NCBI GenBank assembly: GCA_040399505.1
Contig: JBBARZ010000002.1
Location: 18,219 to 82,218, forward strand
Direction: 5' to 3'
From: Cyanobium sp.
Lineage (GTDB): Bacteria; Cyanobacteriota; Cyanobacteriia; PCC-6307; Cyanobiaceae
DNA: 64,000 bases
Positions 41,083 to 50,415 of the stretch are shown one piece after another (position 1 is the first letter of the stretch; every line of letters starts with the position of its first letter). The notes beneath the pieces were generated by a model. The model was not told the DNA's origin and searched no databases. It saw nothing but the letters and a program-made list of their open reading frames with translations. A program made the position numbers and the translations under genes.

Positions 41083-41136
41083 GCAAACCGAAATAGCAAG
41101 TACCGTTGGCCCTAGACGGAAGGCTTGAATACGGCC

Positions 41137-43206
41137 ATGGGGAGAATTGTGGGGATCGACCTGGGCACCACCAATTCCGTGGTGGCAGTGCTCGAGGGCG
41201 GGCGTCCCCTCGTGATTGCTAATGCTGAGGGTGCCCGTACGACCCCCTCCGTGGTGGGTTTTACCCGGGAACAGGAGCTTATCGTGGGTCAAACCGCCCG
41301 CCGCCAGCTCGTTCTCAATCCCCGCAACACCTTTGCCAATGTCAAGCGGTTCATCGGCCGCCGTTGGGAGGAGTTGGACGACAACACCCTGTCGGTCCCT
41401 TACACAGTGAGGGCCAATGAGGCTGGGCAAGTGCGGGTGGTGTGCCCTGCCACAGAGAGGGAATACGCCCCGGAAGAGCTCCAGGCCTGCATATTGAGGA
41501 AGTTGGTGGACGATGCCTCCACCTATCTCGGGGAACCGGTGGAGGCTGCGGTGATTACGGTGCCCGCCTATTTCAACGATGCCCAGCGCCAAGCTACCCG
41601 TGATGCAGGCCGCCTGGCTGGCATCAGCGTGGAGCGCATTCTCAATGAACCCACCGCTGCTGCACTGGCCTACGGATTTGATCGCAGTGCCGTCAAGCGC
41701 GTCTTGGTCTTCGATCTCGGTGGCGGCACGTTTGATGTTTCCATCCTCCGGATCGCCAACGGTGTCTTTGACGTGAAGGCCACGAGCGGGGATACCCAAC
41801 TGGGAGGCAACGACTGGGATCAGCGCATCGTGGACTGGGTAGCGGAAGCGTTCCATAAGGAGCACGGCCTTGATCTCAGGCGGGATCGGCAAGCTCTTCA
41901 ACGGCTAAGCGAGGCGGCGGAGAAGGCCAAGCAGGAGCTATCGGGTGTGGCAAGTACCCCCCTGTCGCTCCCCTTCATCGCTACAGGCGCTGAAGGGCCC
42001 CTCCACATTGAAACCACTCTGGAGCGCCGCACCTTCGAGGGGCTTTGCCCTGAACTGCTGGACCGGCTGCTCCGGCCCGTTCAACGGGCCCTGCGGGATG
42101 CCAACCTCAGCGCGGAATCCATCGACGATGTGGTGCTCGTCGGTGGGGGCACCCGCATGCCCATGGTCCAGGACATGGTTCGGACCTTGATTCCAAGGGA
42201 TCCCTGCCAGTCGGTGAATCCCGATGAGGTGGTGGCGATTGGTGCCGCCGTACAGGCCGGGATTCTGACGGGGGAACTGAGGGATTTGATGCTCAACGAC
42301 GTGAGTCCACTCTCGTTGGGATTGGAAACTATCGGAGGATTGATGAAGGTACTGATTCCGCGTAACACGCCAATACCCGTGCGTAAAAGTGATGTTTTCA
42401 GCACCTCTGAACCCAACCAGAACTCCGTGGACATCCATGTCCTGCAGGGGGAAAGGCAGATGGCAGCTGATAACAAATCCCTCGGTCGGTTTCGTCTTTC
42501 GGGGATTCCCCCGGCGCCCCGTGGTGTCCCCCAGGTGCAGGTGTCGTTTGATATTGATGCCAATGGTTTGCTACAGGTCTCGGCAACCGACCGCACCACC
42601 GGCAGACAACAGAGCGTTTCGATTCAGGGGGGCTCCAACCTCAGTGAGGAGGAAATCCAGGCACTCCTAGAGGAGGCAGAGCGCAAAGCGGCGGAAGATC
42701 GACGTAAGCGTGCTGTGATCGATCGCCGCAACAGGGCCCTCACTCTTGTATCCCAGGCTGAGCGGCGCCTTCGGGATTCCGCTTTGGAGCTTGGCCCCTA
42801 CGGAGCTGAACGGCAGCAGCGAAGTGTGGAGCTGGCCGTCAGGCAGGTTCAGGATTTGCTAGCGGATCAGAACACGGAGGACCCCGAGCTGGAGCTTGCC
42901 GTGAGCCAGTTGCAGGAGGCCATGTTTGGGCTCAATCGCCGTTTGCTCAGTGAACAACGCAATGAGGCTGGACCTCTGCAAGGACTCAAGAACACCCTCG
43001 GCTCTCTGAAGGACGAACTCTTTGCCGAGGAGGACTGGGATAGCTGGGAACCTCCCTATAGGTCAGACCGGGGAGATCGGTGGGATCGCCCTGATCCCTG
43101 GGACGACCGTCCCCAGCGGATGGGGCGCTTCCGGGATCCAAACCCTTTCCGCGAGGATCTCCCTCCACGCTGGGAGCGTGAGGAAGAAGATCCATGGGGT
43201 CCATAG
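41137..43206 (+). CDS. dnaK: Molecular chaperone DnaK (paralogue with W/D-rich tail)
   Basis: GIDLGTTNS, TVPAYFND, NEPTAAAL, DLGGGTFD, NPDEVVA.GAA motifs. Confidence 0.96.
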   Translation: MGRIVGIDLGTTNSVVAVLEGGRPLVIANAEGARTTPSVVGFTREQELIVGQTARRQLVLNPRNTFANVKRFIGRRWEELDDNTLSVPYTVRANEAGQVRVVCPATEREYAPEELQACILRKLVDDASTYLGEPVEAAVITVPAYFNDAQRQATRDAGRLAGISVERILNEPTAAALAYGFDRSAVKRVLVFDLGGGTFDVSILRIANGVFDVKATSGDTQLGGNDWDQRIVDWVAEAFHKEHGLDLRRDRQALQRLSEAAEKAKQELSGVASTPLSLPFIATGAEGPLHIETTLERRTFEGLCPELLDRLLRPVQRALRDANLSAESIDDVVLVGGGTRMPMVQDMVRTLIPRDPCQSVNPDEVVAIGAAVQAGILTGELRDLMLNDVSPLSLGLETIGGLMKVLIPRNTPIPVRKSDVFSTSEPNQNSVDIHVLQGERQMAADNKSLGRFRLSGIPPAPRGVPQVQVSFDIDANGLLQVSATDRTTGRQQSVSIQGGSNLSEEEIQALLEEAERKAAEDRRKRAVIDRRNRALTLVSQAERRLRDSALELGPYGAERQQRSVELAVRQVQDLLADQNTEDPELELAVSQLQEAMFGLNRRLLSEQRNEAGPLQGLKNTLGSLKDELFAEEDWDSWEPPYRSDRGDRWDRPDPWDDRPQRMGRFRDPNPFREDLPPRWEREEEDPWGP

Positions 43207-43219
43207 TGACGCTCTGCGC

Positions 43220-44125
43220 ATGACCAGTCTCGGCACTTCCGATTACTGGCAGGTTTTGGGGCTCGAACCTGGCGCCGACCCTGCACGACTGAAACGGGCC
43301 TTTCGGGAGCAGGCGCGCCGCTGGCACCCGGATCTCAACGGCAACGACCCCGTGGCGGAAGAGCGCTTCAAGCGGGTGAACGAAGCCTATGCGGTGCTTT
43401 CAGATCCAAGGCGGCGGCTAGCCTGGGAAGCCGGAGAAGAAAGCGGTGGGCATGGAAGGGGACGCTCCAACGATCCCTTTGCCCAAGGATTCCCCAATTT
43501 TGAGACCTACCTCGACGCCTTGTTCGGGGGATCCCGTGGTACCTCCGAAGACGCAGCCATGTCGCCCGAGGACATAGCCCCTGAAGCCCGGGTGACCACC
43601 TCCACTCCCCCACCCCCGCCTGTGCGTGCCACCACGGCGGAAGAGACCCTGGTTGAACTTCGGCCCGAACAGGCGATTTCCGGGGATCGGGTGGAGCTGG
43701 AACTTAGCGATGGAACGGTGGTGGAAGTATGGACGCCTCCCCTGGCTGGAGATGGCTGGCGCCTGAGGTTGCAAGGCGTGGCTCCTGGTGGAGCGGATCA
43801 CTTTCTCCACCTTCGAGTCCGCACCCCGGAAGGACTGCGGATTGACGGTCTGCGGGCGCTCTACACGCTGGACCTAACCCCCGCCCAGGCGGTGCTGGGA
43901 TGTCACCAGCTCGTGCCCACCCTGACGGGTCCGGTTCGACTTCGCGTTCCCGCTGGATCCTCCAGCGGCAGGCTCCTGCGACTCCGGGGACGGGGTCTGC
44001 GCTTGGACGAGCAGGTGGGGGACCAGATCGTGGAGCTACGCATCGTGGTGCCTCCAGAGCTGGGTGAAGCGGAAGAAGCCCTCTACCGACGCCTTCAGGA
44101 ACTGGCCGAGACCGACCCTGGGTGA
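43220..44125 (+). CDS. dnaJ: DnaJ-class (type II, no zinc finger) co-chaperone
   Basis: J-domain DYW.VLG...WHPD...F..VNEAY.VLSD plus DnaJ C-terminal domain; start moved to ATG 43220. Confidence 0.88.
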   Translation: MTSLGTSDYWQVLGLEPGADPARLKRAFREQARRWHPDLNGNDPVAEERFKRVNEAYAVLSDPRRRLAWEAGEESGGHGRGRSNDPFAQGFPNFETYLDALFGGSRGTSEDAAMSPEDIAPEARVTTSTPPPPPVRATTAEETLVELRPEQAISGDRVELELSDGTVVEVWTPPLAGDGWRLRLQGVAPGGADHFLHLRVRTPEGLRIDGLRALYTLDLTPAQAVLGCHQLVPTLTGPVRLRVPAGSSSGRLLRLRGRGLRLDEQVGDQIVELRIVVPPELGEAEEALYRRLQELAETDPG

Positions 44126-44180
44126 GACACTGACTGTCAAGTTCGACCACTTGCCCTTGGCCCCAAGTGATGCCACGGCC

Positions 44181-44582
44181 ATGCCTGTGCATGTGCTCCT
44201 TTTTGATGCCGGCAGTAACGAGGAGGGGATCCATTCCATCGAGCTCGGGGGCCGCACCGTGGTGCTGCTGTTTGAGGATGCGGAGGATGCGGAGCGCTAC
44301 GCGGGTTTGCTGGAAGCCCAGGATTTTCCCTTGCCCAGCGTGGAGAGAATCCATCGGGAGGATGTGGAGCTCTTCTGTGCCCAGGCCGGCTATGAAGCCC
44401 GATTTGTGCCGGCGGGCTTTCTTCCCAAGAGTGAAGAGGATCGCCTGCTGATCGCTCCACCCCCACAGAATCTCGATGTACACCACTGGAAGGACGGGGA
44501 TACCGCCCTGACTGGAGAGGAGAGCACAGGGGAGGATCCAGAGCTCGAGGCCTTTCGTCGCCGTCTAGAGGGGTTGCTATGA
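44181..44582 (+). CDS. DUF3110 domain protein
   Basis: V.VLLF.AG...EGIHS......VL.FE..EDA.RYA.LLEAQDF and LE.FRRRLEGLL motifs. Confidence 0.87.
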   Translation: MPVHVLLFDAGSNEEGIHSIELGGRTVVLLFEDAEDAERYAGLLEAQDFPLPSVERIHREDVELFCAQAGYEARFVPAGFLPKSEEDRLLIAPPPQNLDVHHWKDGDTALTGEESTGEDPELEAFRRRLEGLL

Positions 44583-45559
44583 ACGACCAGGACGAGCGAT
44601 CCATTACGGCCCAGACATCCCCCCCAGAGCTCAATCGGGGGCATCTGCTCACAGAGTTGCCCAACCCCCTGAGCCAGAACCTGGACCAACTCTCTAGTGA
44701 GGCCCTGGTGGAGCTGTTCTGCCAAAACGATCTGGAACCCCAGAAAGCTGTGCACCGAGCAGCACCCCAGCTGGCTGACGCCATCGAGGCCATCGCCGTT
44801 AGGGTTCGCCAGGGCGGGCGTCTCTTCTATCAGGGTGCAGGGACTTCCGGCCGTCTAGGCGTGTTGGATGCGGCCGAATGTCCCCCAACTTTCTGCTCCC
44901 CCCCGGGGATGGTGCAAGGCGTCCTGGCGGGAGGGGCTCCGGCCCTGCTGCGCAGCTCGGAAGGACTCGAAGATCTCGAAGAGCAGGGGCAGCGTGACCT
45001 GGAGGAACGGGGGTTTGCCCCGAGCGATGCCCTGGTGGGCATCGCCGCTGGAGGCACCACCCCCTACGTCCTAGGCGGACTCCGCCATGGCCAGGCCATC
45101 GGAGCCCTCACCATTGCCCTGGCCTGCGTTCCCAGCGACCAGGCTCCCATGCCCTGCGATATTGATTTGCGCCTCCTCACGGGCCCGGAGTTACTCACCG
45201 GTTCCACCCGCCTCAAGGCCGGTACCGCCACCAAGATGGCCCTCAATATTCTCTCCACGGGTCTGATGGTGCGATTGGGAAAGGTGTATCGAAATCGCAT
45301 GGTGGATGTGTCCGTCAGCAATGCCAAACTGGAGGATCGAGCCCTGCGGATCCTGGGAGATCTCGCCGGTGTGGATCGGGAGCAGGGCCGGGCTCTACTG
45401 GCGGAAAGCCAGGGATCGGTCAAACGCGCCCTGCTGATGGCTGTGGGTGGCATGGATGGGCCCTCTGCAGCTGACGCGCTCCTGCGCCATGGCCCGTCCC
45501 TCCGCGCCACCCTGGAGGTTATGGGGTTGACCCTGCCTCCCCCCAATAGGGCGCTGTGA
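44579..45559 (+). CDS. murQ: N-acetylmuramic acid 6-phosphate etherase
   Basis: L.TE..NP, GAGTSGRLG.LDA.ECPPTF, GPE.LTGSTRLKAGTA.K motifs. Confidence 0.96.
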   Translation: MNDQDERSITAQTSPPELNRGHLLTELPNPLSQNLDQLSSEALVELFCQNDLEPQKAVHRAAPQLADAIEAIAVRVRQGGRLFYQGAGTSGRLGVLDAAECPPTFCSPPGMVQGVLAGGAPALLRSSEGLEDLEEQGQRDLEERGFAPSDALVGIAAGGTTPYVLGGLRHGQAIGALTIALACVPSDQAPMPCDIDLRLLTGPELLTGSTRLKAGTATKMALNILSTGLMVRLGKVYRNRMVDVSVSNAKLEDRALRILGDLAGVDREQGRALLAESQGSVKRALLMAVGGMDGPSAADALLRHGPSLRATLEVMGLTLPPPNRAL

Positions 45560-46436
45560 AGAGTTCGGTGCGCAACCGGGTCTCCAGGGGCACATGGCTG
45601 GGCGGTGTCATCAGGGCATGGCGAAGGGCCCTGTGGGAGGAACTGGCGGGGCGTTGCGCGCCGATCCGCTCGGCGGCAAGCCGCACGATGGTCTGGGCCA
45701 AAGCCGCGTTGGCCTGCAGATTGCCAATCACCATCTCCACCGTCACGGAGTCGTGCTCCTGATGCCAGCAGTCGTAATCGGTCACCATGGCTAGAGTGGC
45801 GTAGGCCATTTCTGCTTCCCTAGCCAGCCGGGCCTCTGTGTGATTGGTCATCCCGATCACTGAGCAACCCCAAGAGCGGTAGAGCTCAGATTCGGCCCGG
45901 GTTGAGAAGGCCGGTCCTTCCATGCACAGATAAGTCCCCCCCCGGTGGAGTTCCCGACCCTCGGGCATGAGGCTGTCGGCCACGTCCGCCAGGATGGTGC
46001 TTAAACTTGGACAAAAGGGATCTGCAGCGGTCACATGGGCCACCAGACCCTCCCCGAAAAAGCTCAGGGGTCGCTGATGGGTGCGATCAATGAATTGATC
46101 CGGCACCAACATGTCTAGAGGGCGAAATTGTTCCTGTAAGGAACCGACGGCGGAAACGGACAGGATCCATCGCACCCCCAGAGAACGGAGTGCCCAAAGG
46201 TTGGCCTTGTAGGGGACTTCCGTTGGTAAAAATGTGTGGTGCCGGCCATGGCGGGCAAGAAACACCACATCCAGATCCCCGATCCGCCCAAGGAGAAGTG
46301 AATCGGAAGGATCGCCATAGGGGGTGCTGACCGTCAGCTCCCTGACATCTTCTAAGCCTTCCATTCCATAGAGGCCACTCCCCCCAAGCACGCCCAGCCG
46401 AGCCGTGCTGAGGTCGAGGGAGGGGGGAGGGGCCAT
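45519..46436 (-). CDS. mtnP: S-methyl-5'-thioadenosine phosphorylase
   Basis: GGSGLY, LARHG..H, MEGP.FSTRAES, GMTN..EA.LAREAE, VTDYDCW motifs. Confidence 0.95.
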   Translation of the reverse strand: MAPPPSLDLSTARLGVLGGSGLYGMEGLEDVRELTVSTPYGDPSDSLLLGRIGDLDVVFLARHGRHHTFLPTEVPYKANLWALRSLGVRWILSVSAVGSLQEQFRPLDMLVPDQFIDRTHQRPLSFFGEGLVAHVTAADPFCPSLSTILADVADSLMPEGRELHRGGTYLCMEGPAFSTRAESELYRSWGCSVIGMTNHTEARLAREAEMAYATLAMVTDYDCWHQEHDSVTVEMVIGNLQANAALAQTIVRLAAERIGAQRPASSSHRALRHALMTPPSHVPLETRLRTELFTAPYWGEAGSTP

Positions 46437-46480
46437 GGCAGTCGTCAGGTCTGCCGCTGTTCTACAGGACGAGGGTGCCT

Positions 46481-48187
46481 TCAGTCTTGCCAGCGAAGGA
46501 ATGCACCAGGCTCCAAACTAAGCCGCGGACAGGCCAGGGTGGCGGCCTGGTGCAATTCCGCTAGGGGCCTTCGTTCCGGCTCCAGCAGGGCCGAGGGATG
46601 GCTGCTGCGAGGGCCATCGGGGGCTAGCAGGAGGGCCACGGCCCGGGTGTGTGGCCAGCCCCCAAGAAGGGTCAGCAGGGCAGCCAGATCTGCAGGTAGT
46701 AATTCCTGGGCGGGCTGGGCCATCAGCAAGACGGCAAGGGATGGGCCCTCCAGGAGCGCCAGCAGTCGGGGATGGTCCTCCAACTGGAGGCGGAGGTGAC
46801 GCTCCTCGGCCCAGTTCTGAAGGTGTTGATGAAGGATGTGATCCCGCTGGGGATCCAACCCATTGGCCTGCCAGGCCACCACGGCTGTGGGGCCTGCACT
46901 GCTGGAGGGGAGCGCGATGGTTCCAATCTCCTGCCGGGACTCCATCAGATGACCCAGTTTCAGTCGCTTGGCCGTGAGGTAGGCGGCGTTGTGGGCCCCC
47001 GCATCGATCACCAGAGGCACCCGATCATCTACGTGAAGGCCATAGCCATCGAGGCCGGCAATCTTGCGGGGGTTGTTGGTGATCAGGCGAAGATGGCGCA
47101 CGCCTAGATCGCTTAAGATCTGTGCTCCAACCCCATAGTTGCGCAAATCGGCTGGAAAGCCCAGTCGCTCGTTGGCTTCTACCGTGTCCAATCCCCCATC
47201 CTGCAGGCTGTAGGCCCGCAACTTGTTCACCAACCCGATCCCGCGCCCTTCCTGCCGGAGATACACCACCACTCCTTCTCCCGCAGCCTCGATCATGCGC
47301 AGGGCTGCTTCCAGCTGGGGTCTGCAATCACAACGCAGGGATCCGAAGGCATCGCCGGTGAGGCATTCGCTGTGCACACGCACCAATACAGGTGCCGTGG
47401 CCTGTTCGGGATGCCCCTTGACCAGGGCCACATGTTCACTGCCATCGAGCTCATTGCGGTAGCCGATCGCACAGAAATCCCCAAAGGCACTGGGCAGCGA
47501 GGCTTCCGCCTGCCTGCGCACAAAACGCTCCGTCGCCAGGCGATAACGAATCAGGTCGGCGATGGAAATCAGCCGCAGGCCATGTTGTTGTGCATAAGAC
47601 AGGAGCTGGGGCAACCTGGCCATTGAGCCATCGGCATTTTGGATTTCGCAGATCACCCCTGCGGGATAGAGCCCCGCCAGGCGGGCCAGATCCACAGCCG
47701 CTTCCGTATGGCCCGCCCGTTTGAGCACGCCGCCCTCCCTGGCGCGGAGAGGAAACACGTGGCCGGGTCGCCTCAGATCGGCCGGACGCGACTGGGGGTG
47801 TATCGCCACCTGGATCGTGCGGGCTCGATCCTCCGCGGAAATACCCGTTCCCACTCTGTGTTCCGGACCCGCATCCACGCTCACGGTGAAAGCCGTTTGA
47901 TTGCTGTCGGTGTTGTGATCCACCATCAGTGGCAAATCCAGTGCGTCGAGTCGCTCTCCCTCCATAGCCAGACAGATGAGGCCCCGCGCCTCGGTGGCCA
48001 TGAAGTTGATCTGCTGGGGCGTGGCGAACTGAGCCGCGCAGATCAGATCCCCCTCATTTTCACGGTTTTCGTCATCCACTACCACGATCGCCTCCCCATT
48101 GCGGATGGCTGCCAAGGCATCGGCAATGCAGTCGAAATGAATGGCCGACTCGGCGTCGCAGGTCTGGCGCTCAGGCGTAACAGTCAA
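46481..48187 (-). CDS. ribBA: Bifunctional DHBP synthase / GTP cyclohydrolase II with C-terminal extension
   Basis: [47 protein letters not shown] motifs. Confidence 0.96.
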   Translation of the reverse strand: MTVTPERQTCDAESAIHFDCIADALAAIRNGEAIVVVDDENRENEGDLICAAQFATPQQINFMATEARGLICLAMEGERLDALDLPLMVDHNTDSNQTAFTVSVDAGPEHRVGTGISAEDRARTIQVAIHPQSRPADLRRPGHVFPLRAREGGVLKRAGHTEAAVDLARLAGLYPAGVICEIQNADGSMARLPQLLSYAQQHGLRLISIADLIRYRLATERFVRRQAEASLPSAFGDFCAIGYRNELDGSEHVALVKGHPEQATAPVLVRVHSECLTGDAFGSLRCDCRPQLEAALRMIEAAGEGVVVYLRQEGRGIGLVNKLRAYSLQDGGLDTVEANERLGFPADLRNYGVGAQILSDLGVRHLRLITNNPRKIAGLDGYGLHVDDRVPLVIDAGAHNAAYLTAKRLKLGHLMESRQEIGTIALPSSSAGPTAVVAWQANGLDPQRDHILHQHLQNWAEERHLRLQLEDHPRLLALLEGPSLAVLLMAQPAQELLPADLAALLTLLGGWPHTRAVALLLAPDGPRSSHPSALLEPERRPLAELHQAATLACPRLSLEPGAFLRWQD

Positions 48188-48321
48188 GGAAGCAAGAAAC
48201 CCGAGAGGTCAACTGGCTTTCTTTATAGATCCTTGTTGACACCAGCGAGGACGAATTGCCCCGGAGCTTGGCTCAGGGAACTGGGAGTTGACTCTAAGAT
48301 GCGGCGTTTGGAAGCCAGGGG

Positions 48322-49386
48322 ATGAAGGTAGGGCGTGTGGCGGTAATCGGGGCGAGCGGATACGGCGGCCTCCAAACCCTTCGCCTGCTCCACGGCCATC
48401 CCAAGCTAGAGGTGACGTTTCTAGGGGGCGAACGGAGCAGCGGCAAACGCTGGAGTGATCTGGTGCCCTTTCTTCCCTTGGCGGGAGATCCGGTGGTGCA
48501 GGCCTGTGAACCGGAGGCCATTGCCGCCGCAGCCGATTTAGCCGTGCTCAGCCTCCCGAACGGACTGGCCTCTCAGCTCGTTCCCTCCCTGGTAGCCAAG
48601 GGGGTGAAGGTGGTGGATCTCTCGGCCGACTACCGCTACCGCTCCCTCAACCACTGGCAGGAGGTGTACAGCGATGAGGCGGGCATCCACCCTAGGGAGG
48701 ATGGTGCTCTTTGTGCCGAGGCCATCTACGGCCTTGCCGAGTGGGAGGCCGAGCGCATAGCCCAGGCCCGCCTGGTGGCCGCGCCTGGCTGTTTTCCAAC
48801 TGCCAGCCTGCTGGCCCTGCTGCCCTTTCTGAGCCAGGGGCTGATCGAGCTCAATGGCATCGTGATCGACGCCAAGACCGGTACCTCTGGCGGAGGCCGC
48901 GCAGCCAAGGAGCATCTGTTGCTGGCGGAAGCTGGTGAATCCGTGGCTCCCTATGGAGTGATCGGCCACCGGCACACCAGTGAGATCGAGCAGCAGTGCA
49001 GCAAGGTCTGTGGCCATCCCCTCCTGGTGCAGTTCACGCCCCACCTCATCCCCATGGTGCGGGGCCTGCTGGCCACGGTCTATGCCCGGCTCCGGGATCC
49101 GGGCCTAACAGCAGACGACTGCAGCACGCTACTGAAAGCGGCCTATCGGCACAGCTCCTGTGTGGAAGTGCTGCCAGTTGGAACCTACCCCGCCACCAAG
49201 TGGGTGAAAGGCACCAACCGCGCTCTCCTTTCGGTGCAGGTGGATCGCCGCACCGGCCAGCTGATTGTGATGAGTGCCATTGACAATCTCGTGAAGGGCC
49301 AAGCGGGGCAGGGGGTGCAATGCCTCAACCTCATGGCGGGCCTTCCCCAGGACACGGGCCTGCCCTTGCAGCCCTTTTATCCCTGA
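48322..49386 (+). CDS. argC: N-acetyl-gamma-glutamyl-phosphate reductase
   Basis: GASGYGG, DLSADYR, PGCFPT, SGGGR, HRH..EI, DNLVKG.AGQ motifs. Confidence 0.96.
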   Translation: MKVGRVAVIGASGYGGLQTLRLLHGHPKLEVTFLGGERSSGKRWSDLVPFLPLAGDPVVQACEPEAIAAAADLAVLSLPNGLASQLVPSLVAKGVKVVDLSADYRYRSLNHWQEVYSDEAGIHPREDGALCAEAIYGLAEWEAERIAQARLVAAPGCFPTASLLALLPFLSQGLIELNGIVIDAKTGTSGGGRAAKEHLLLAEAGESVAPYGVIGHRHTSEIEQQCSKVCGHPLLVQFTPHLIPMVRGLLATVYARLRDPGLTADDCSTLLKAAYRHSSCVEVLPVGTYPATKWVKGTNRALLSVQVDRRTGQLIVMSAIDNLVKGQAGQGVQCLNLMAGLPQDTGLPLQPFYP

Positions 49387-50045
49387 GTCTGGAGCCCCGC
49401 AAGCCGTTGGGCCGCAAGGGCCACGGCGAAGGGGAGAATCCGATGCTCTTGGGTATGGATTCGAGCCGCCAGGGATGGGGGATCATCCTGGGGATGCACG
49501 GGAACAGCGGCCTGCACCAGGATCGGGCCATCATCCACTGCCGGACGCACCAGATGCACGGTGCACCCGGTGATCCGGACACCACAGGCCAAAGCCTGGC
49601 CCACCGCATTCAACCCTCGAAAGCTCGGCAGGAGCGAGGGGTGGATGTTGAGCAGGCGATCGGGAAAGGCCTCGATCAGGCGGGGGGTGACGATCCGCAT
49701 CCAACCCGCCATCACCACCAGATCCACGCCCGCGCCGCGAAAGGCCTCAACCAAGGCTTCGTCCAGGGCTTCCCGGCTGGGGAAAGCCTGGTGATCGATC
49801 CAGCGCCAAGGGATTCCCAGCCGCTCCGCCCGAGTTCTGGCGCCACACTGCTCATGGTTCACCACAAGAAGCTCAATCCTGGCCTGCAGCCTTTGGCTGC
49901 GGGTGGCCTCCACCAGGGCTTCGAAATTACTGCCTTCACCCGAGGCCATCACCCCAAGGCGCAGAGGCGTGGGGTGGGAGGGCCAGGGCTGTGGCATTGG
50001 CCACTGGAGCGATTGCGCAAGATCGCTAGGGTTTGCTTGATTCAT
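49377..50045 (-). CDS. purN: Phosphoribosylglycinamide formyltransferase
   Basis: ASG.GSN, AGWMRI, NIHPSLLP, GCTVH.V...D.GPI, EH motifs; start approximate. Confidence 0.95.
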   Translation of the reverse strand: MNQANPSDLAQSLQWPMPQPWPSHPTPLRLGVMASGEGSNFEALVEATRSQRLQARIELLVVNHEQCGARTRAERLGIPWRWIDHQAFPSREALDEALVEAFRGAGVDLVVMAGWMRIVTPRLIEAFPDRLLNIHPSLLPSFRGLNAVGQALACGVRITGCTVHLVRPAVDDGPILVQAAVPVHPQDDPPSLAARIHTQEHRILPFAVALAAQRLAGLQTQG

Positions 50046-50069
50046 CCTGGAATGGGAAGCACAGGTCCT

Positions 50070-50414
50070 ATGTCCCATCTCACTATCCTCCCCACGGTGT
50101 TGCGGGATCTTGATCTCATGGCCTCCGCGCTGGAGGCGCTCCACCTAGAGCCTCAACGGGACGAAAAGTTGATTGGCTTTGCCGGGGAACAGCAGCCTGT
50201 GGACCTTCTGATCCAGCTGGAGAATGGGCAGGTCCTGGGCTGGCGTCAGCAGTCCGACGGATCTCTGGCGCTGGTGGCGGATCTGCAGAAGCTGACCCAG
50301 TGCACCGCTTTGCCGCGACTACTGGCGGAGATCACCCGCACCTACGCCACCCACCTCGCCCTGAGGGAGGCGGCCACCTGCTTTGCTGGGGCCACCGTTA
50401 ACGTCGTCTGCTGA
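50070..50414 (+). CDS. DUF1257 / Ycf35 family protein
   Basis: MSH.T.L.T...D...L..AL..L and DGS..LV.DL...I...YA motifs (C-terminal part of the track ORF 49320..50414). Confidence 0.8.
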   Translation: MSHLTILPTVLRDLDLMASALEALHLEPQRDEKLIGFAGEQQPVDLLIQLENGQVLGWRQQSDGSLALVADLQKLTQCTALPRLLAEITRTYATHLALREAATCFAGATVNVVC

Positions 50415-50415
50415 A

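Noticed and set aside
46437-46480. Possible loss of a cyclophilin gene that I recall between mtnP and ribBA in related genomes
   Set aside because: Based on memory only; the 44-bp gap shows no remnant
49320-50069. Long N-terminal extensions in the ORF track (DUF1257, clpS, pyk, dnaJ, dapF, the SLT-like gene, thf1)
   Set aside because: They overlap neighbouring real genes and precede the recognisable family N-termini; artefacts of longest-ORF calling
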